A stretch of DNA of 64,000 bases from Gemmatimonadales bacterium (GTDB lineage: Bacteria; Gemmatimonadota; Gemmatimonadetes; Gemmatimonadales; GWC2-71-9), in the NCBI GenBank assembly GCA_965249575.1, contig OZ252244.1:1472001-1536000 (forward strand), written 5' to 3'. Positions 9,747 through 21,301 of the stretch are shown here, piece after piece. Position 1 is the stretch's first letter. Every line of letters starts with the position of its first letter. The notes below the pieces were generated by a model. That model saw only the letters and a list, made by a program, of their open reading frames with translations, was not told the DNA's origin and did no database searches. A program made the translations under genes and the position numbers.

Positions 9747-12700
9747 ATGAGCGTTACCCCTCGTCCCACGGCGCCGGACAGCGTACTTCACACGTTTCAC
9801 CCGGCAGTGCGGGACTGGTTCGCGACGCGCTTCGCCTCCCCAACGGCACCGCAGGTGCGCGCATGGCCCCACATCGCGGCCGGGCGCCACACTCTGATCG
9901 CCGCCCCGACCGGATCAGGGAAAACCCTCGCCGCCTTTCTCACCGCAATCGACGGGATCCTCCGGACCGGAGTCGAAGGCGGCCTGCCGGACGAGACTCG
10001 GGTCGTATACGTCTCTCCGCTCAAGGCGCTGAGTAACGACGTCAAGGTGAACCTATCCGAGCCACTGGCGGAGATCACGGAGCGGGCAGCGCAGCTCGGC
10101 GTGCCTGAGGTCGAGATCCGCACGTTGGTGCGCACAGGAGATACGCCCCAAACCGAACGCCAGGGAATGATCCGCCGGCCTCCCCACATCCTGGTCACGA
10201 CGCCGGAATCACTGTACCTGATGCTGACCGCCGAGCGGAGTCGCGCCATGCTCCGAACGGTGAGCACGGTGATTGTCGACGAGATTCACGCGGTAGCGCG
10301 TGACAAGCGCGGCTCCCACTTGGCGCTGTCGATCGAGCGTCTCGCCGATCTGGTCGACGGACCCCTGCAGCGAGTCGGCCTGTCGGCGACCCAAAAACCC
10401 ATAGAAGAGATCGCCCGCTTCCTCGTGGGTGCGGGCACGGCCGAACCGGGTGACTCCCACTGCGAGATCATCGACGAGGGGCACACCCGGCCGGTCGACC
10501 TCGGCATCGAGATACCGGACTCCCCGCTAGAGGCCGTGATGACAAACGAAGTGTGGGAGGAGATCTACGACCGGCTGACGCGGCTCATCGAGAGCCACCG
10601 GACGACGCTCGTATTCGTCAACACCCGACGCCTCGCGGAGCGCGTCACCGCGCGGCTTTCGGATCGGCTGGGCCCCGAGCGCATCGCCTCGCACCATGGA
10701 AGCCTGTCAAAGGAGAAGCGCCTCGAGGCGGAATCCCGCCTCAGAACCGGGAGCCTCCGCGCTCTGGTCGCGACGGCATCCCTCGAGCTCGGAATCGACA
10801 TCGGCTCGGTCGATCTGGTGTGCCAGCTTGGCTCGACTCGTTCCATCGCCACGCTGCTGCAGCGAGTTGGACGCTCCGGCCACTCACTGGGGGCCACGCC
10901 CAAAGGACGGCTCTTTCCATTGAGCAGAGACGACCTGGTGGAATGCGCCGCGCTCGTTCGCGCGACTCGCAGCCGCCGCCTGGACCGGCTCCTCATCCCG
11001 GAGAAGCCGCTGGACATTCTGGCGCAACAGATCGTCGCGGCAGCGGCGGCTCAGGATTGGGACGAAGAGGCATTGTTCCGTTTGGTTAGACGGGCCTACC
11101 CCTATCGGTCTCTGACACGCGGGGAGTTCAACGACGTCGTGCGCATGCTGGCTGACGGGTTCTCGACCCGGCGCGGGCGGCGGGGTGCTCACATCCACTA
11201 CGACGCGGTGAACGGCCGGATCCGCGGCCGGCGCGGTGCGCGACTCGCGGCGATTACCTCTGGTGGAGCGATTCCCGACAACGCCGACTACCGGGTAATC
11301 CTGGAGCCAGCCGAGATCTTCATCGGTACGTTGAATGAGGATTTCGCCATCGAGAGCATGCCCGGGGACATCTTTCAGCTGGGTAACGCTTCCTGGCGCA
11401 TGTCCCGTGTCGAGCAGGGACAAGTCAGGGTCGTAGATGCAATGGGACAGCCACCGACTATTCCGTTCTGGCTGGGAGAGGCGCCGGCCCGAACGGCCGA
11501 GCTCTCCGCGGAGGTCTCCGGGCTCCGCGCTGCTGTGGCCGAGCGCCTGGAGGATGCAGCGGGGGCAACATCGTGGCTCTCGAAGGCTACGGGCCTCGGG
11601 GACGCCGTGGCCAAGCAAGTCGTCGACTACCTCGACGCCTCCCGCAAGGCACTCGGGGTCGTTCCCACGCAGGAAACGTTGGTCATGGAGCGCTTCTTCG
11701 ACGAGGCGGGCGGCATGCAGCTCGTCATCCACGCTCCGTTTGGAAGCCGCATCAACCGTGCCTGGGGGCTGGCGCTCCGCAAGCGCCTCTGTCGGAACTT
11801 CAACTTCGAGCTCCAGGCCGCAGCCTCCGAAGATGCCATCGTCCTTTCATTAGGACCGCAGCACAGTTTTCCGCCCGAGGACGTGTTCCACTACCTCCAT
11901 CCGAATACGGTCGAGCCGCTGTTGATTCAGGCGCTCCTCGACGCGCCGATGTTCCAAACCCGCTGGCGCTGGAATGCCACGCGCTCGCTGGCAGTGTTGC
12001 GGCGACGTGGAGGGCGGCGAGTGCCGGCGCCCCTTCAGCGAATGGAATCGGAAGATCTAGCCGCCGCCGTCTTTCCGGACCAGGCCGCCTGCCCGGAGAA
12101 CCTGGTCGGCGATCGCGAAATTCCCGACCACCCGCTCGTCAACCAGGCGGTCCAGGACTGCCTCACCGAGGCCATGGATCTCGCAGGTCTTCTGAACGTC
12201 CTCGAGCAAATCAAGAGCGGACGCCTGCGCCTCGAGGCGCGGGACACCACCGAGCCGTCTCCACTGGCCCATGAGATCCTAAACGCCAAGCCCTACGCTT
12301 TTCTGGACGACGCCCCATTGGAGGAGCGCCGAACGCAGGCCGTCGCGACGCGGCGCTCGCTGGATGTGAAGACCGGAGATGAGCTCGCTAGGCTCGACGC
12401 GAACGCGATTGCTCGGGTGCGGGATGAGGCTTGGCCGGATGTCGCCGTTGCGGACGAGCTGCACGATGCCCTGCTGGTGATGGGAAGCATGACCGAGGAG
12501 GAAGGCGATCGCGGCCGGGACGGGACGTCATGGCGCCAGTTCTTCAATGAGCTCTCGGCCGACGGGAGGGCAGGCGTGTTCCGATCGGGGAGCGGCAACT
12601 CGCTCTGGATCGCCGCCGAGCGGCTCCCGCTCATCGGCGCAGTATTCCCGAACGGGGCTACCCACGAGCCGATCCCGGTACCGCGTGGAGAGCGGAGGGA

Positions 12701-14150
12701 GTGGTCACCTGAGGACGCCGCGCGGGAGCTCGTCAGAGGCCGGCTCGAAGCCGTGGGGCCCACCACGCGCACCGAGGTGTCCGACGCACTCGGCTTGGAC
12801 CCGCCGCAGGTCGATATCGCTCTTGCGTCACTGGAGCGGGAGGGCTTCGTGCTGCGCGGCCGGTTCACCACGGAAACCGACGAGCTGGAATGGTGCGAGC
12901 GGCGTCTGCTCTCACGCATCCACCGCTACACGCTCGACCGATTGCGCAGCGAGATCGAGCCGGTCTCGGCAGCGGACTTCATGCGATTCCTGCTCGCCTG
13001 GCAGCGCGCCACGCCGGACGCGCGTGCGGTAGGCCCCGAAGGGCTGCGGGCGGTCCTCGACCTCCTTGAGGGATACGAGGTAGCAGCGGCGGGGTGGGAG
13101 ACGGACGTGCTTCCGGCTCGAACCAGCGATTACGATCCAGTATAGTTGGATGCGCTCTGCCTCTCGGGGGAGTGGGGTTGGGGGCGTCTCCGGGCCTCGG
13201 GCGCGGCGCACGCCGAAGGCCGGCGGCCCGGGCCAATCCGATCCACGCCCATCGCCCTGTACCGGCGTGAGCGAGCCGGCTCGTGGCGTGCGCTGGCCGG
13301 CAAAGGCCGAAGTGACGCGTCCGAGTTGACCGCAGCCGGAGAGTCCATTCTGAACGCGCTGGAAAACCGCGGCGCCTCGTTTTTCGGAGAGCTCGTCCAG
13401 ACAACCGGGCTCCTCCGAACCGAAGTCGAGCGGGGTCTGGGCGAGCTGGTCGCCCGCGGCAAGGTGACTTCCGACAGCTACGCCGGTCTTCGAGCTCTGC
13501 TCGTACCTTCCGACCGCAGGCCGAAACTGAACGGCGGCCGATCGCGGCGCCCGCGCGCGCCTTTCGGGGTGGAGACCGCCGGGCGCTGGGCCCCCGTCGC
13601 AAAGCCATCCGAGGAATACGGGGACGCCGAAATCGAGACCCTCGCCCGCCAGCTCCTCCGGCGTTACGGCGTCGTGTTTCGACGCCTGCTCGACCGCGAG
13701 TCCGTCCTTCCACCTTGGCGTGATCTCCTGGCGGTATATCGGCGGCTCGAGGCGCGCGGAGAATTGCGGGGCGGGCGATTCGTTGGCGGGTTCTCCGGAG
13801 AGCAGTACGCCCTTCCCGAGGCCGTCGGCCTTCTGCGGTCAACGCGCCGACAGAAATGCACCGGCGAGCTGATCGCAGTCAGTGGGGCGGACCCGCTCAA
13901 CCTCGCGGGCATTATCACGCCGGGACCGACCGTACCGGCGCTAGCCACCAATCGCATCTTGTTTCAGGACGGCGTGCCGGTCGCCATCTCGGAAGGGAAG
14001 GGATCGACCGTGCGATTCCCGGCGGTGCCGTCCCCGGCCGACGAAAGAGCCTACCGCGCCGCGCTCCAGAAGAGATGCGCGTCCCCTCTCGTGCGCTCCT
14101 ACCTCGGTCAGCGAGGAACATTGCGAAAACCCGTGACGAAACTAGCGTAA
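9747..14150 (+). CDS. lhr: Lhr-family ATP-dependent helicase with C-terminal winged-helix extension; in-frame TAG at 13143-13145
   Basis: [33 protein letters not shown]; frame continues past TAG as LDALCLSG...LLRRYGVVF...[17 protein letters not shown]. Confidence 0.88.
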
Positions 14151-14192
14151 CTGGCTTCCCCGCAACTTCACGACTGATCCCTCATACACTCT

Positions 14193-16259
14193 ATGGGTTT
14201 TCATTCTCGCAAGGCGATCGGGTCACATCCACTCAAGCCGCCGATGGCGGAGAAACGCCCTCGCGTGATCCAGCGCCACGGCGACTCGATACGCGACGAC
14301 TACTCCTGGCTTCGCGAAAAAGACGATCCCGCCGTAGCGGCATACCTCGCCGCGGAAAACGCATACGCAGATGCCGGCTTAGCACACACGAAATCCTTCC
14401 AGAAGGTGCTCTACGGAGAGATGCTGGGACGCATCAAAGAAACCGACGAGTCCGTACCGTATCGGGAGGGCCTCTATCTGTACTACTCACGAACCGAAGA
14501 AGGAAGGCAGTACCGCATTTTTTGCAGAAAACGGTCGTTGGAGGCGCCCGAGGAGATCACGATCGACGTAAACGCCCTGGCCGAGGGCCATAGTTTCATG
14601 GCACTCGGCGTGTACGCGGTGAGCGACGATGGATCTATCCTCGCCTACTCCACGGACTCGACCGGCTTTCGTGAGTACACGCTCTGCTTCAAGGATCTTC
14701 GGACCGGTCGCTTGCTCGGCGACCGAATCGAGCGGGTCGGGTCGTTTGCCTGGGGGTCCGACCCCGGTACGATGTTCTTCACCGTGGACGATCCGGCGAA
14801 GCGTCCCTATCGGCTCTATCGGCATGTCTTGGGCGGCGCCGAGCCCGACCTGATCTTCGAAGAATCAGACGATCGCTTCCGAGTCTACGTGGAACGCACC
14901 CGAAGCAAGGCGTACTTCCTGCTCACATCGGAGAGCCACACTACCAGCGAAGTACGATTCCTGCCCGGCGAGAGCTTCACCGCCGACTGGAAGGTCTTAG
15001 CGCCCCGCCGCCACGAGCGCGAGTACGATGTAGATCACCGCGGCGACCGGTTCTTCATCCGGGTGAACGACACCGGCCGCAACTTCAGGTTGGTATCCGT
15101 ACCGGTCACCGACCCCGGCGAGCACAACTGGGACGAGCTCATACCGCACCGGCCGGATGTCATACTCGAGGGGTGCGAGGTCTTCGCCGCGCACTATGTG
15201 GTTCTCGAACGGCAGGCCGGACTGCCGCAGATTCGCGTCACGCACTTCGACTCGGGACGGAGTCACCCGATACCGTTTCCCGAATCCGTCTATGACGCTG
15301 GCCAAGCGACGAACCGCGAGTGGGAGTCGGATACGTACCGCTACTACTATGAGTCGCTGACCACTCCGCTCTCTATCTACGACCACGACGTCACGCAGCG
15401 GACGGACACCCTGCTCAAGCGAACCCCCGTGCTCGGCGACTACGACCCGGAAGATTATGTCTCCGAGCGGCTCGAGGCCGCCGCCGCCGATGGAACCGCC
15501 GTTCCCGTCTCGCTCGTGTACCGTCGCGGCCGGACGCGGGACCGGCAGTCTCCTTTGCTACTCATCGCGTACGGATCGTACGCCATCCCGTACCCCGTGT
15601 CGTTTTCCTCCAATCGACTCAGTTTGCTCGATCGAGGCTTCGGCATTGCGATCGCACACGTCCGCGGGGGCGGCGACCTCGGCCGCCCGTGGCACGATCA
15701 GGGACGGATGATGGCCAAGATGAACACCTTCACCGATTTCCTCACGGCGGCGGAGCATCTCGTCGAGAGAGGATACACGTCATCCCGAGGGCTCGCGATC
15801 GAGGGCGGAAGCGCGGGCGGTCTGCTCATGGGTGCCGTCGTCAACATGAGGCCGGACCTGTTCCGCGCAGTCGTGATGCAGGTGCCGTTCCTAGACGTCC
15901 TCAACACCATGTCGGACCCCTCGCTCCCCTTGACGGTCAGCGAGTACGAGGAATGGGGAAACCCAGAGGTAAAAGCACAACACGATTACATCCGCGGGTA
16001 CGATCCCTATACCAACCTCTCGCGGGGATCCTATCCAGCGCTGCTGGTCAAGTCATCGTTCAACGACAGTCAAGTGATGTATTGGGAACCAGCGAAATAC
16101 ACCGCCAAGCTCCGGACATTGAAGACCGATCGAAACCCACTGCTCCTGATCACCAACATGGACGCTGGACACAGCGGTGCCTCAGGTCGGTACGACCGGC
16201 TCAAGGAGATCGCGTTGGACTACGCGTTCATGCTGGACTCGGTCGGCATTCGCGAGTAG
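14193..16259 (+). CDS. ptrB: Oligopeptidase B (S9A)
   Basis: DDYSWLRE, AYGSY, HVRGGG, GGSAGG, EYEEWGNP, DAGH. Confidence 0.92.
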   Translation: MGFHSRKAIGSHPLKPPMAEKRPRVIQRHGDSIRDDYSWLREKDDPAVAAYLAAENAYADAGLAHTKSFQKVLYGEMLGRIKETDESVPYREGLYLYYSRTEEGRQYRIFCRKRSLEAPEEITIDVNALAEGHSFMALGVYAVSDDGSILAYSTDSTGFREYTLCFKDLRTGRLLGDRIERVGSFAWGSDPGTMFFTVDDPAKRPYRLYRHVLGGAEPDLIFEESDDRFRVYVERTRSKAYFLLTSESHTTSEVRFLPGESFTADWKVLAPRRHEREYDVDHRGDRFFIRVNDTGRNFRLVSVPVTDPGEHNWDELIPHRPDVILEGCEVFAAHYVVLERQAGLPQIRVTHFDSGRSHPIPFPESVYDAGQATNREWESDTYRYYYESLTTPLSIYDHDVTQRTDTLLKRTPVLGDYDPEDYVSERLEAAAADGTAVPVSLVYRRGRTRDRQSPLLLIAYGSYAIPYPVSFSSNRLSLLDRGFGIAIAHVRGGGDLGRPWHDQGRMMAKMNTFTDFLTAAEHLVERGYTSSRGLAIEGGSAGGLLMGAVVNMRPDLFRAVVMQVPFLDVLNTMSDPSLPLTVSEYEEWGNPEVKAQHDYIRGYDPYTNLSRGSYPALLVKSSFNDSQVMYWEPAKYTAKLRTLKTDRNPLLLITNMDAGHSGASGRYDRLKEIALDYAFMLDSVGIRE

Positions 16260-16272
16260 CTGGCTTGGGGGG

Positions 16273-17457
16273 CTATGCCCCGAACGCGCTCAATCCGGTG
16301 ATCGCTTGCCCGAGAATGAGCGTGTGGACATCGTGGGTTCCCTCATAGGTGTACACACTTTCCAGGTTCGCAAGATGCCTCATCGCCTGGTACTCGGACA
16401 GGATACCGTTCGCGCCCAGGAGACGCCGGGTTTCACGTGCGACCTCGGTTGCGATGTTCACATTGTTTCGCTTGGCGAGGGACACTTGCTCCGGTCTCAT
16501 CGTACCGGCGTCCTTCAGCCGGCCGAGCTGTAAGCAGAGCAACTGCGCCTTCGTAATCTCCGTCAACATCTCCGCCAGGCGTGCCTGCTGAATTTGAAAT
16601 CTGGCAATCGGCTTGCCGAACATCACCCGGTTCTTCGCGTAACTCACTGCCTCCTCGTAACACGCCATCGCGGCCCCAACGGCACCCCAAGCGATACCGT
16701 AGCGGGCCTGCGTGAGGCACATCAACGTGCTCTTGAGGCCTTCGCTCTCGGGCAGGAGCGCGTCTCTCGGAACGAGCACGTCTTGCAGCACGAGTTCACT
16801 CGTGTCCGAGGCGCGGAGACTGAGCTTGCCATATTGGTCCTTAGAGCTGAAGCCTTCGCTCGCGGTTGGCACGATGAATCCGCGGATCGATTTGCGGTCG
16901 GCCAGGTCGCCGGTCTTCGCCCAGATGATTGCAACGCTGGCCGTGGAGCCGTTCGTAATCCACATCTTGGCCCCGTTCAGCACCCAGCCGTCGTCGGTCT
17001 CCTTCGCCGTGGTGATCATTCCCCCCGGGTCGGATCCGTAGTCCGGTTCCGTGAGGCCGAAGCATCCGATGGCGTCGCCGCTCGCCAGCTTCGGCAGCCA
17101 TTCGTTCTTCTGCTGTTCACTCCCGAAGGCGTGAATGGGATACATGACCAGCGCGCCCTGCACAGACGCAAACGAGCGGATCCCGCTGTCGCCCCGCTCG
17201 AGCTCCTGCATGATGATGCCGTACGCTACGTTGTTGAGTCCGGCGCATCCGTATGTCTCCGGTAGATTGGCGCCGAACAGCCCCAAACCGGCCATTTCTG
17301 GTATCAGGGGTTTTGGGAACGTGCCCTGGACATAATGCTCGCCGATGATGGGGATCACCTCGTCATCGACCCAGCGGCGGACCGTGTCACGTACCGCCCG
17401 TTCGTCCTCTGACAGCAACGCATCAAGCCCGTAGAAATCGACGCCCTGAAACGACAT
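16273..17457 (-). CDS. Acyl-CoA dehydrogenase, glutaryl-CoA dehydrogenase-like
   Basis: ELERGDSGIRS, GCFGLTEPDYGSDP, NGAKMWITNG, YTYEGTHDVH. Confidence 0.9.
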   Translation of the reverse strand: MSFQGVDFYGLDALLSEDERAVRDTVRRWVDDEVIPIIGEHYVQGTFPKPLIPEMAGLGLFGANLPETYGCAGLNNVAYGIIMQELERGDSGIRSFASVQGALVMYPIHAFGSEQQKNEWLPKLASGDAIGCFGLTEPDYGSDPGGMITTAKETDDGWVLNGAKMWITNGSTASVAIIWAKTGDLADRKSIRGFIVPTASEGFSSKDQYGKLSLRASDTSELVLQDVLVPRDALLPESEGLKSTLMCLTQARYGIAWGAVGAAMACYEEAVSYAKNRVMFGKPIARFQIQQARLAEMLTEITKAQLLCLQLGRLKDAGTMRPEQVSLAKRNNVNIATEVARETRRLLGANGILSEYQAMRHLANLESVYTYEGTHDVHTLILGQAITGLSAFGA

Positions 17458-17472
17458 GTACTCCTCTTTCGA

Positions 17473-18165
17473 CTAGCGCTCCGCTGGAAGTGTCTCGACC
17501 GTTTCGCCCGCGCGCGCCGCCGGCCGGACTTCCCGGCACGCGTGGAGTGTAATCCCGACCTCCCGGGCCTTGGCGCGAAACGTCGATCCATGATCGACCG
17601 GGAGTCCCTTTTCCGCCTGCCACTGATGGACCATCTCGTGCAGTAGCGTGTGCTCGACCTCGTCCCAACCATCCCGAAAGACGTGCCGGCGGGAAACCGT
17701 AATGCGTGTGGGCTGGCCGGTTCGCGAATCGAGCGTCAAGTCCCCAAGTCGCGTCCGCATGCGCGGTGACACGTTAAACCGAATAGGCGAAAGCCGCCCA
17801 CCGAAGTGTGCCTGGTTGAGTAGCCCGTGCCTCCGGTCCAGCTCCCCTACGATCGAGCGGTCCGCCTCTGCGGGTCGCGGCTCCGCGCCGTTCGGCGGTG
17901 GAACGAACTGGTCGACGGGGAATTCCAACACGGTCTGCTCCGCCCGCCTCACCCGCCCGCCTCCGTTCACGAATGCTACCACCGCACGGAGAACACGGTC
18001 GGACGCGTACACGAAGCCCCGGTGGAGTCGGAGTATGCCCCGGTCGGTTAGGCTGACCATTACGGTTCGGTTCTCGTGCAGACGCACGCCCGTGATTCCG
18101 GAAATCCCCAGCGACCCGAGCCGGCAACGTACCTCCGTCTCGTCATCCCACAGCTGCAGGGACAT
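17473..18165 (-). CDS. SprT-like zinc metalloprotease domain protein
   Basis: HTLLHEMVHQWQ...DHGSTF. Confidence 0.8.
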   Translation of the reverse strand: MSLQLWDDETEVRCRLGSLGISGITGVRLHENRTVMVSLTDRGILRLHRGFVYASDRVLRAVVAFVNGGGRVRRAEQTVLEFPVDQFVPPPNGAEPRPAEADRSIVGELDRRHGLLNQAHFGGRLSPIRFNVSPRMRTRLGDLTLDSRTGQPTRITVSRRHVFRDGWDEVEHTLLHEMVHQWQAEKGLPVDHGSTFRAKAREVGITLHACREVRPAARAGETVETLPAER

Positions 18166-19000
18166 CACTCTCCACGGTCTCTCGGTGCCGAGCAAACGCG
18201 AACACGTCGGACCTCCGGAACAGTCTCCGGGCAGCATCCCACCGGAATAACTCCACTTGGATCGACTCGTCGTCGATGGTGAGTCGATGAAACGACGTTG
18301 GGCGCTCTCCCCGCGACCGGCTGCTCAGGGTGTTCGCGCACGACACCAGCACTCGGCCCTCGAGCAACTCGATTTGCTCCTGGTGGTCGTGCCCGCAGAG
18401 CACCACCTCCGCACCCGTTTCGAGGATGTGCCGCTGGGCCTGCCGCCACCGGGCAAGCCCCATGCGCTGCGAGAGGTCGCCGCGGAGCACGTTGTGGTGC
18501 ACGACGAGAATCCGCGCCTGCTCGGGCCGCGCCCGGCCAAAGAGCTCCTGCACGCGCCTCACCTCTCGCACCGGGAGGTGGCCCTTGACCGCGATGTCGC
18601 GCGGTCGCGGCGTCAACGAGCCCCAAGCGACGCCATGAGAGGTCAGCGCTCCGGCGATGAGTGCCTCGCCCAAGTCCATGGTCGGTGTGAGGATGGGCCC
18701 GAAGTAGCGCCGGTACTTCTGGTACTTCGCCTCCGGAGAGAACGGGATCAGAGGGCGCCACCACCACTGAACGTCGTGATTGCCCGGCATGACGTAGACT
18801 GGCGCGGTACGCTCCAGCTCCTTTACGAACGCTCGCGCGCACTGCAGCTCTCCATGACGTGCCCTGACGGTTAGGTCCCCTGATAGGACGATCACCTGGG
18901 GGTCCAGATCCGGGAGCAGCGATTCCACGGCATCGATCTGTCCGAGGTCCGCTCGACCGCCGAAGTGGGGATCAGTCAGGTGAATGAGCGTAAAGGCCAC
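18143..19000 (-). CDS. Calcineurin-like metallophosphoesterase
   Basis: DPHFG, SGDLT, PGNHD, HHN, GHDH. Confidence 0.88.
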   Translation of the reverse strand: MAFTLIHLTDPHFGGRADLGQIDAVESLLPDLDPQVIVLSGDLTVRARHGELQCARAFVKELERTAPVYVMPGNHDVQWWWRPLIPFSPEAKYQKYRRYFGPILTPTMDLGEALIAGALTSHGVAWGSLTPRPRDIAVKGHLPVREVRRVQELFGRARPEQARILVVHHNVLRGDLSQRMGLARWRQAQRHILETGAEVVLCGHDHQEQIELLEGRVLVSCANTLSSRSRGERPTSFHRLTIDDESIQVELFRWDAARRLFRRSDVFAFARHRETVESDVPAAVG

Positions 19001-19039
19001 GCGCGCTTCTCCGCGTCGGTGCGGGCCGGTGACGCCGGC

Positions 19040-19309
19040 CTATTTCAGGAATTCCTTCGCGATTCGTTTCGCGACAAGATAACTGAGACCATACCACGCA
19101 ACCGCCGCCGCCGCGGCGATCATCGTCGCGGCCTGATTCCGAGGCACCTGCAGATAGATGTAGAGTCCCAGTAGTGCGGTCGACCAGAGGGCGGCCCGTC
19201 GAGCGATACGGGTGGCACGGCGATGCACCGTGGCGAGGCAGTCATGGCAGAGCTGCCCCAGCGGAAGGTCTACCTCCCGGCGGCATCGAGGGCACTGGTG
19301 CTCACGCAA
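19040..19309 (-). CDS. Small membrane protein with CxxC...CxxC motif; start uncertain
   Basis: CPRC...CHDC followed by two hydrophobic helices; fills the operon gap. Confidence 0.55.
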   Translation of the reverse strand: MREHQCPRCRREVDLPLGQLCHDCLATVHRRATRIARRAALWSTALLGLYIYLQVPRNQAATMIAAAAAVAWYGLSYLVAKRIAKEFLK

Positions 19310-19808
19310 GACGCCGGCTAACGGCGTCTGCGAATCCCATCGTCGAAGCATCACCACCTAGATCCGGAGTGCGAACGTTGTCATCGCGTATCGTACTCAG
19401 GAGCGCCGCCCGGATGTGATCGGCGCGCTCCCTTTCCTCGAGATAGTCTAGCATCATGCACGCGGCGAGCAGGAGAGCCGACGGATTGGCCTTCCCTCCC
19501 GAAAGGACGGTTTTGGCAGGCCGGACGTTCGCGTACAAATCGAATTCCTTGCGGAGGGCGACGTTGACCGAGCGAAACCCGGAACCCACGGGTGTCGTGA
19601 GCGGCCCCTTGAGTCCGAGCCTCGTGAGGCGGAGGCTCTCGAGTGTCGCGTCCGGGAGCGGCGTGCCGGCTTCTTCGAGTGCGGATACGCCAGCCAGCTG
19701 TTCGTCCCAGTCGAACTCGGCACCGGCGGCGTCGAGTACTCGTAACACCGCGTCGACGATTTCTGGACCGATCCCGTCGCCTCTGATGAGCGTAGCCTCG
19801 CGGCTCAC
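19302..19808 (-). pseudogene. Isocitrate/isopropylmalate dehydrogenase family protein with a large in-frame internal deletion
   Basis: GDGIGPEI, LKGPLTTP, LYANVRP join directly to KANPSALLL...TPDLGG; only 168 aa. Confidence 0.75.
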
Positions 19809-20434
19809 GGCAGCCCCGGTACCAGCTCGTTGACCGCCGCGCGAAGGGCGACCCATGGACCGTCTCCAGTACCCCTGACATGCGAGCGCCACCCTACCGC
19901 TCCGGACCTCACATCGACCAGCACGAGTACCAATTCCGCCTGCCCGTCGGCGGCCTCTACGCTATAGATGAGACTGGCCGGCACCAGTGCCCATCGCGCG
20001 CCCGCGAACGCCGTGAGCCCGCGCATCTGGCTCCACAGGGGATCGGGGAGTTTTGCCAGATTTCGCGCGCGGAGCATAGCGGTCCCGAGTTGATCGGGGT
20101 TGGCCAGCAGCCCCGGCGCTTGATTTGCGCCGCGACGCAACACGTCCGGCAAGACCCAGGTGACTTCCGGCGACCGTTCGGTCAACCCGGATGCAATGAT
20201 ACTGTCGGCGCGGGTCAGTGCCTCGCGCCGGGGTCTGAAATCGTCTTGCCAGCCGAGCGCCTCGTCAGAGGCGATGAGGGTCAGCGGGTACACCGCGACC
20301 GGTTGACCCGCGATCCCGGCGGTGGGGAGCGGCAGCGCGGGGGGTGGAACGTCGGCGGCCGGCTGTTGCTTGCCGCAGCCGGCCGCCGCAATCGCCGCAG
20401 TCAACGACAATGCCGCTGTCAGGCGTCGCGCCAC
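19805..20434 (-). CDS. Hypothetical lipoprotein
   Basis: GTG start; signal peptide with AAAGC lipobox; coupled to neighbouring genes. Confidence 0.65.
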   Translation of the reverse strand: MARRLTAALSLTAAIAAAGCGKQQPAADVPPPALPLPTAGIAGQPVAVYPLTLIASDEALGWQDDFRPRREALTRADSIIASGLTERSPEVTWVLPDVLRRGANQAPGLLANPDQLGTAMLRARNLAKLPDPLWSQMRGLTAFAGARWALVPASLIYSVEAADGQAELVLVLVDVRSGAVGWRSHVRGTGDGPWVALRAAVNELVPGLP

Positions 20435-21186
20435 TGGGGACTCCGTTTCTCGAGAAACGCGGCAATGCCTTCCTGCGCATCGGCCAGAGGTATGAGATCC
20501 CGAAGATACAAGCTTTCCGCCTTGTACAGCGCTTCCTCGAAGCCCGCGTAATACGACTCCCACTGCGCGCGCCGTGCGAGCCGCAAAACGGGGCCGGATT
20601 TCGACGTCAGTTGCTTGGTGACCGACTCGAGACCGGATTCGAACTCGTCGTCCGGCAGCACCCAGTTGACCAACCCAAACCGCTCGAGATCCTGAGCGGA
20701 TATTTCGTTGCCCAGGAGGATCCACTCCATCGCCTTCCGCCTGGGGATCACGCGGGGGAGCACCACACAGGCTAGAGGCGCAAAGATTCCGAGATTGACT
20801 TCGGGAAGGCGGAATTTGGCCGACTCCGTGGCCAGCATCAGGTTGCAACCGATCGCCAGCTCGAACCCACCACCGATGGCGGCGCCATGGACCGCGGCAA
20901 TCGTGATGACGTCCAGCAGGCGGAGGGTCTCGAAAATCCGGTGGAAAACTTGTAGCATCCGCGCCGTCTTGTCGCGGGTCAGCTCGCCGATATCCAGACC
21001 CGCGCTGAACACGTCGCCGCTCCCGCGCACGACGAGGACTTTCAACTCCTTGTTGGAACGCAAGTCCAGCAACGCGCCTGCGATCTCGTCCATCATGTCG
21101 AGATTCATGGCGTTGAGCGGCGGGCGTTTGAGCGTCAGCGTCGCAACCGCGCCGTCGAACGTCGGCTGGACAAACCGGTATGTCAC
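20419..21186 (-). CDS. Enoyl-CoA hydratase/isomerase family
   Basis: FSAGLDI, AIGGGFELA, LPEVNLG, EGIAAFLEKR. Confidence 0.88.
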   Translation of the reverse strand: MTYRFVQPTFDGAVATLTLKRPPLNAMNLDMMDEIAGALLDLRSNKELKVLVVRGSGDVFSAGLDIGELTRDKTARMLQVFHRIFETLRLLDVITIAAVHGAAIGGGFELAIGCNLMLATESAKFRLPEVNLGIFAPLACVVLPRVIPRRKAMEWILLGNEISAQDLERFGLVNWVLPDDEFESGLESVTKQLTSKSGPVLRLARRAQWESYYAGFEEALYKAESLYLRDLIPLADAQEGIAAFLEKRSPQWRDA

Positions 21187-21301
21187 GGCCGGTGCCCCTG
21201 TGCTGTGGGTGTTCGGACGTCGAAGCCACCGAAATGAAAGACGGAGACCAGCGTTCGGATCAACTTAGCGACCACTGGTTGCTGGTCAAAGCCCAAATCA
21301 G

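Noticed and set aside
6947..13145. Amber recoding or pyrrolysine to explain two in-frame TAGs
   Set aside because: The two positions appear to correspond to different residues (Gln, Trp), many genes here end normally in TAG, and no pyl genes are seen.
20435..21229. First 265 aa of the 474-aa ORF
   Set aside because: Shadow of the enoyl-CoA hydratase; the real lipoprotein starts at about 20434.
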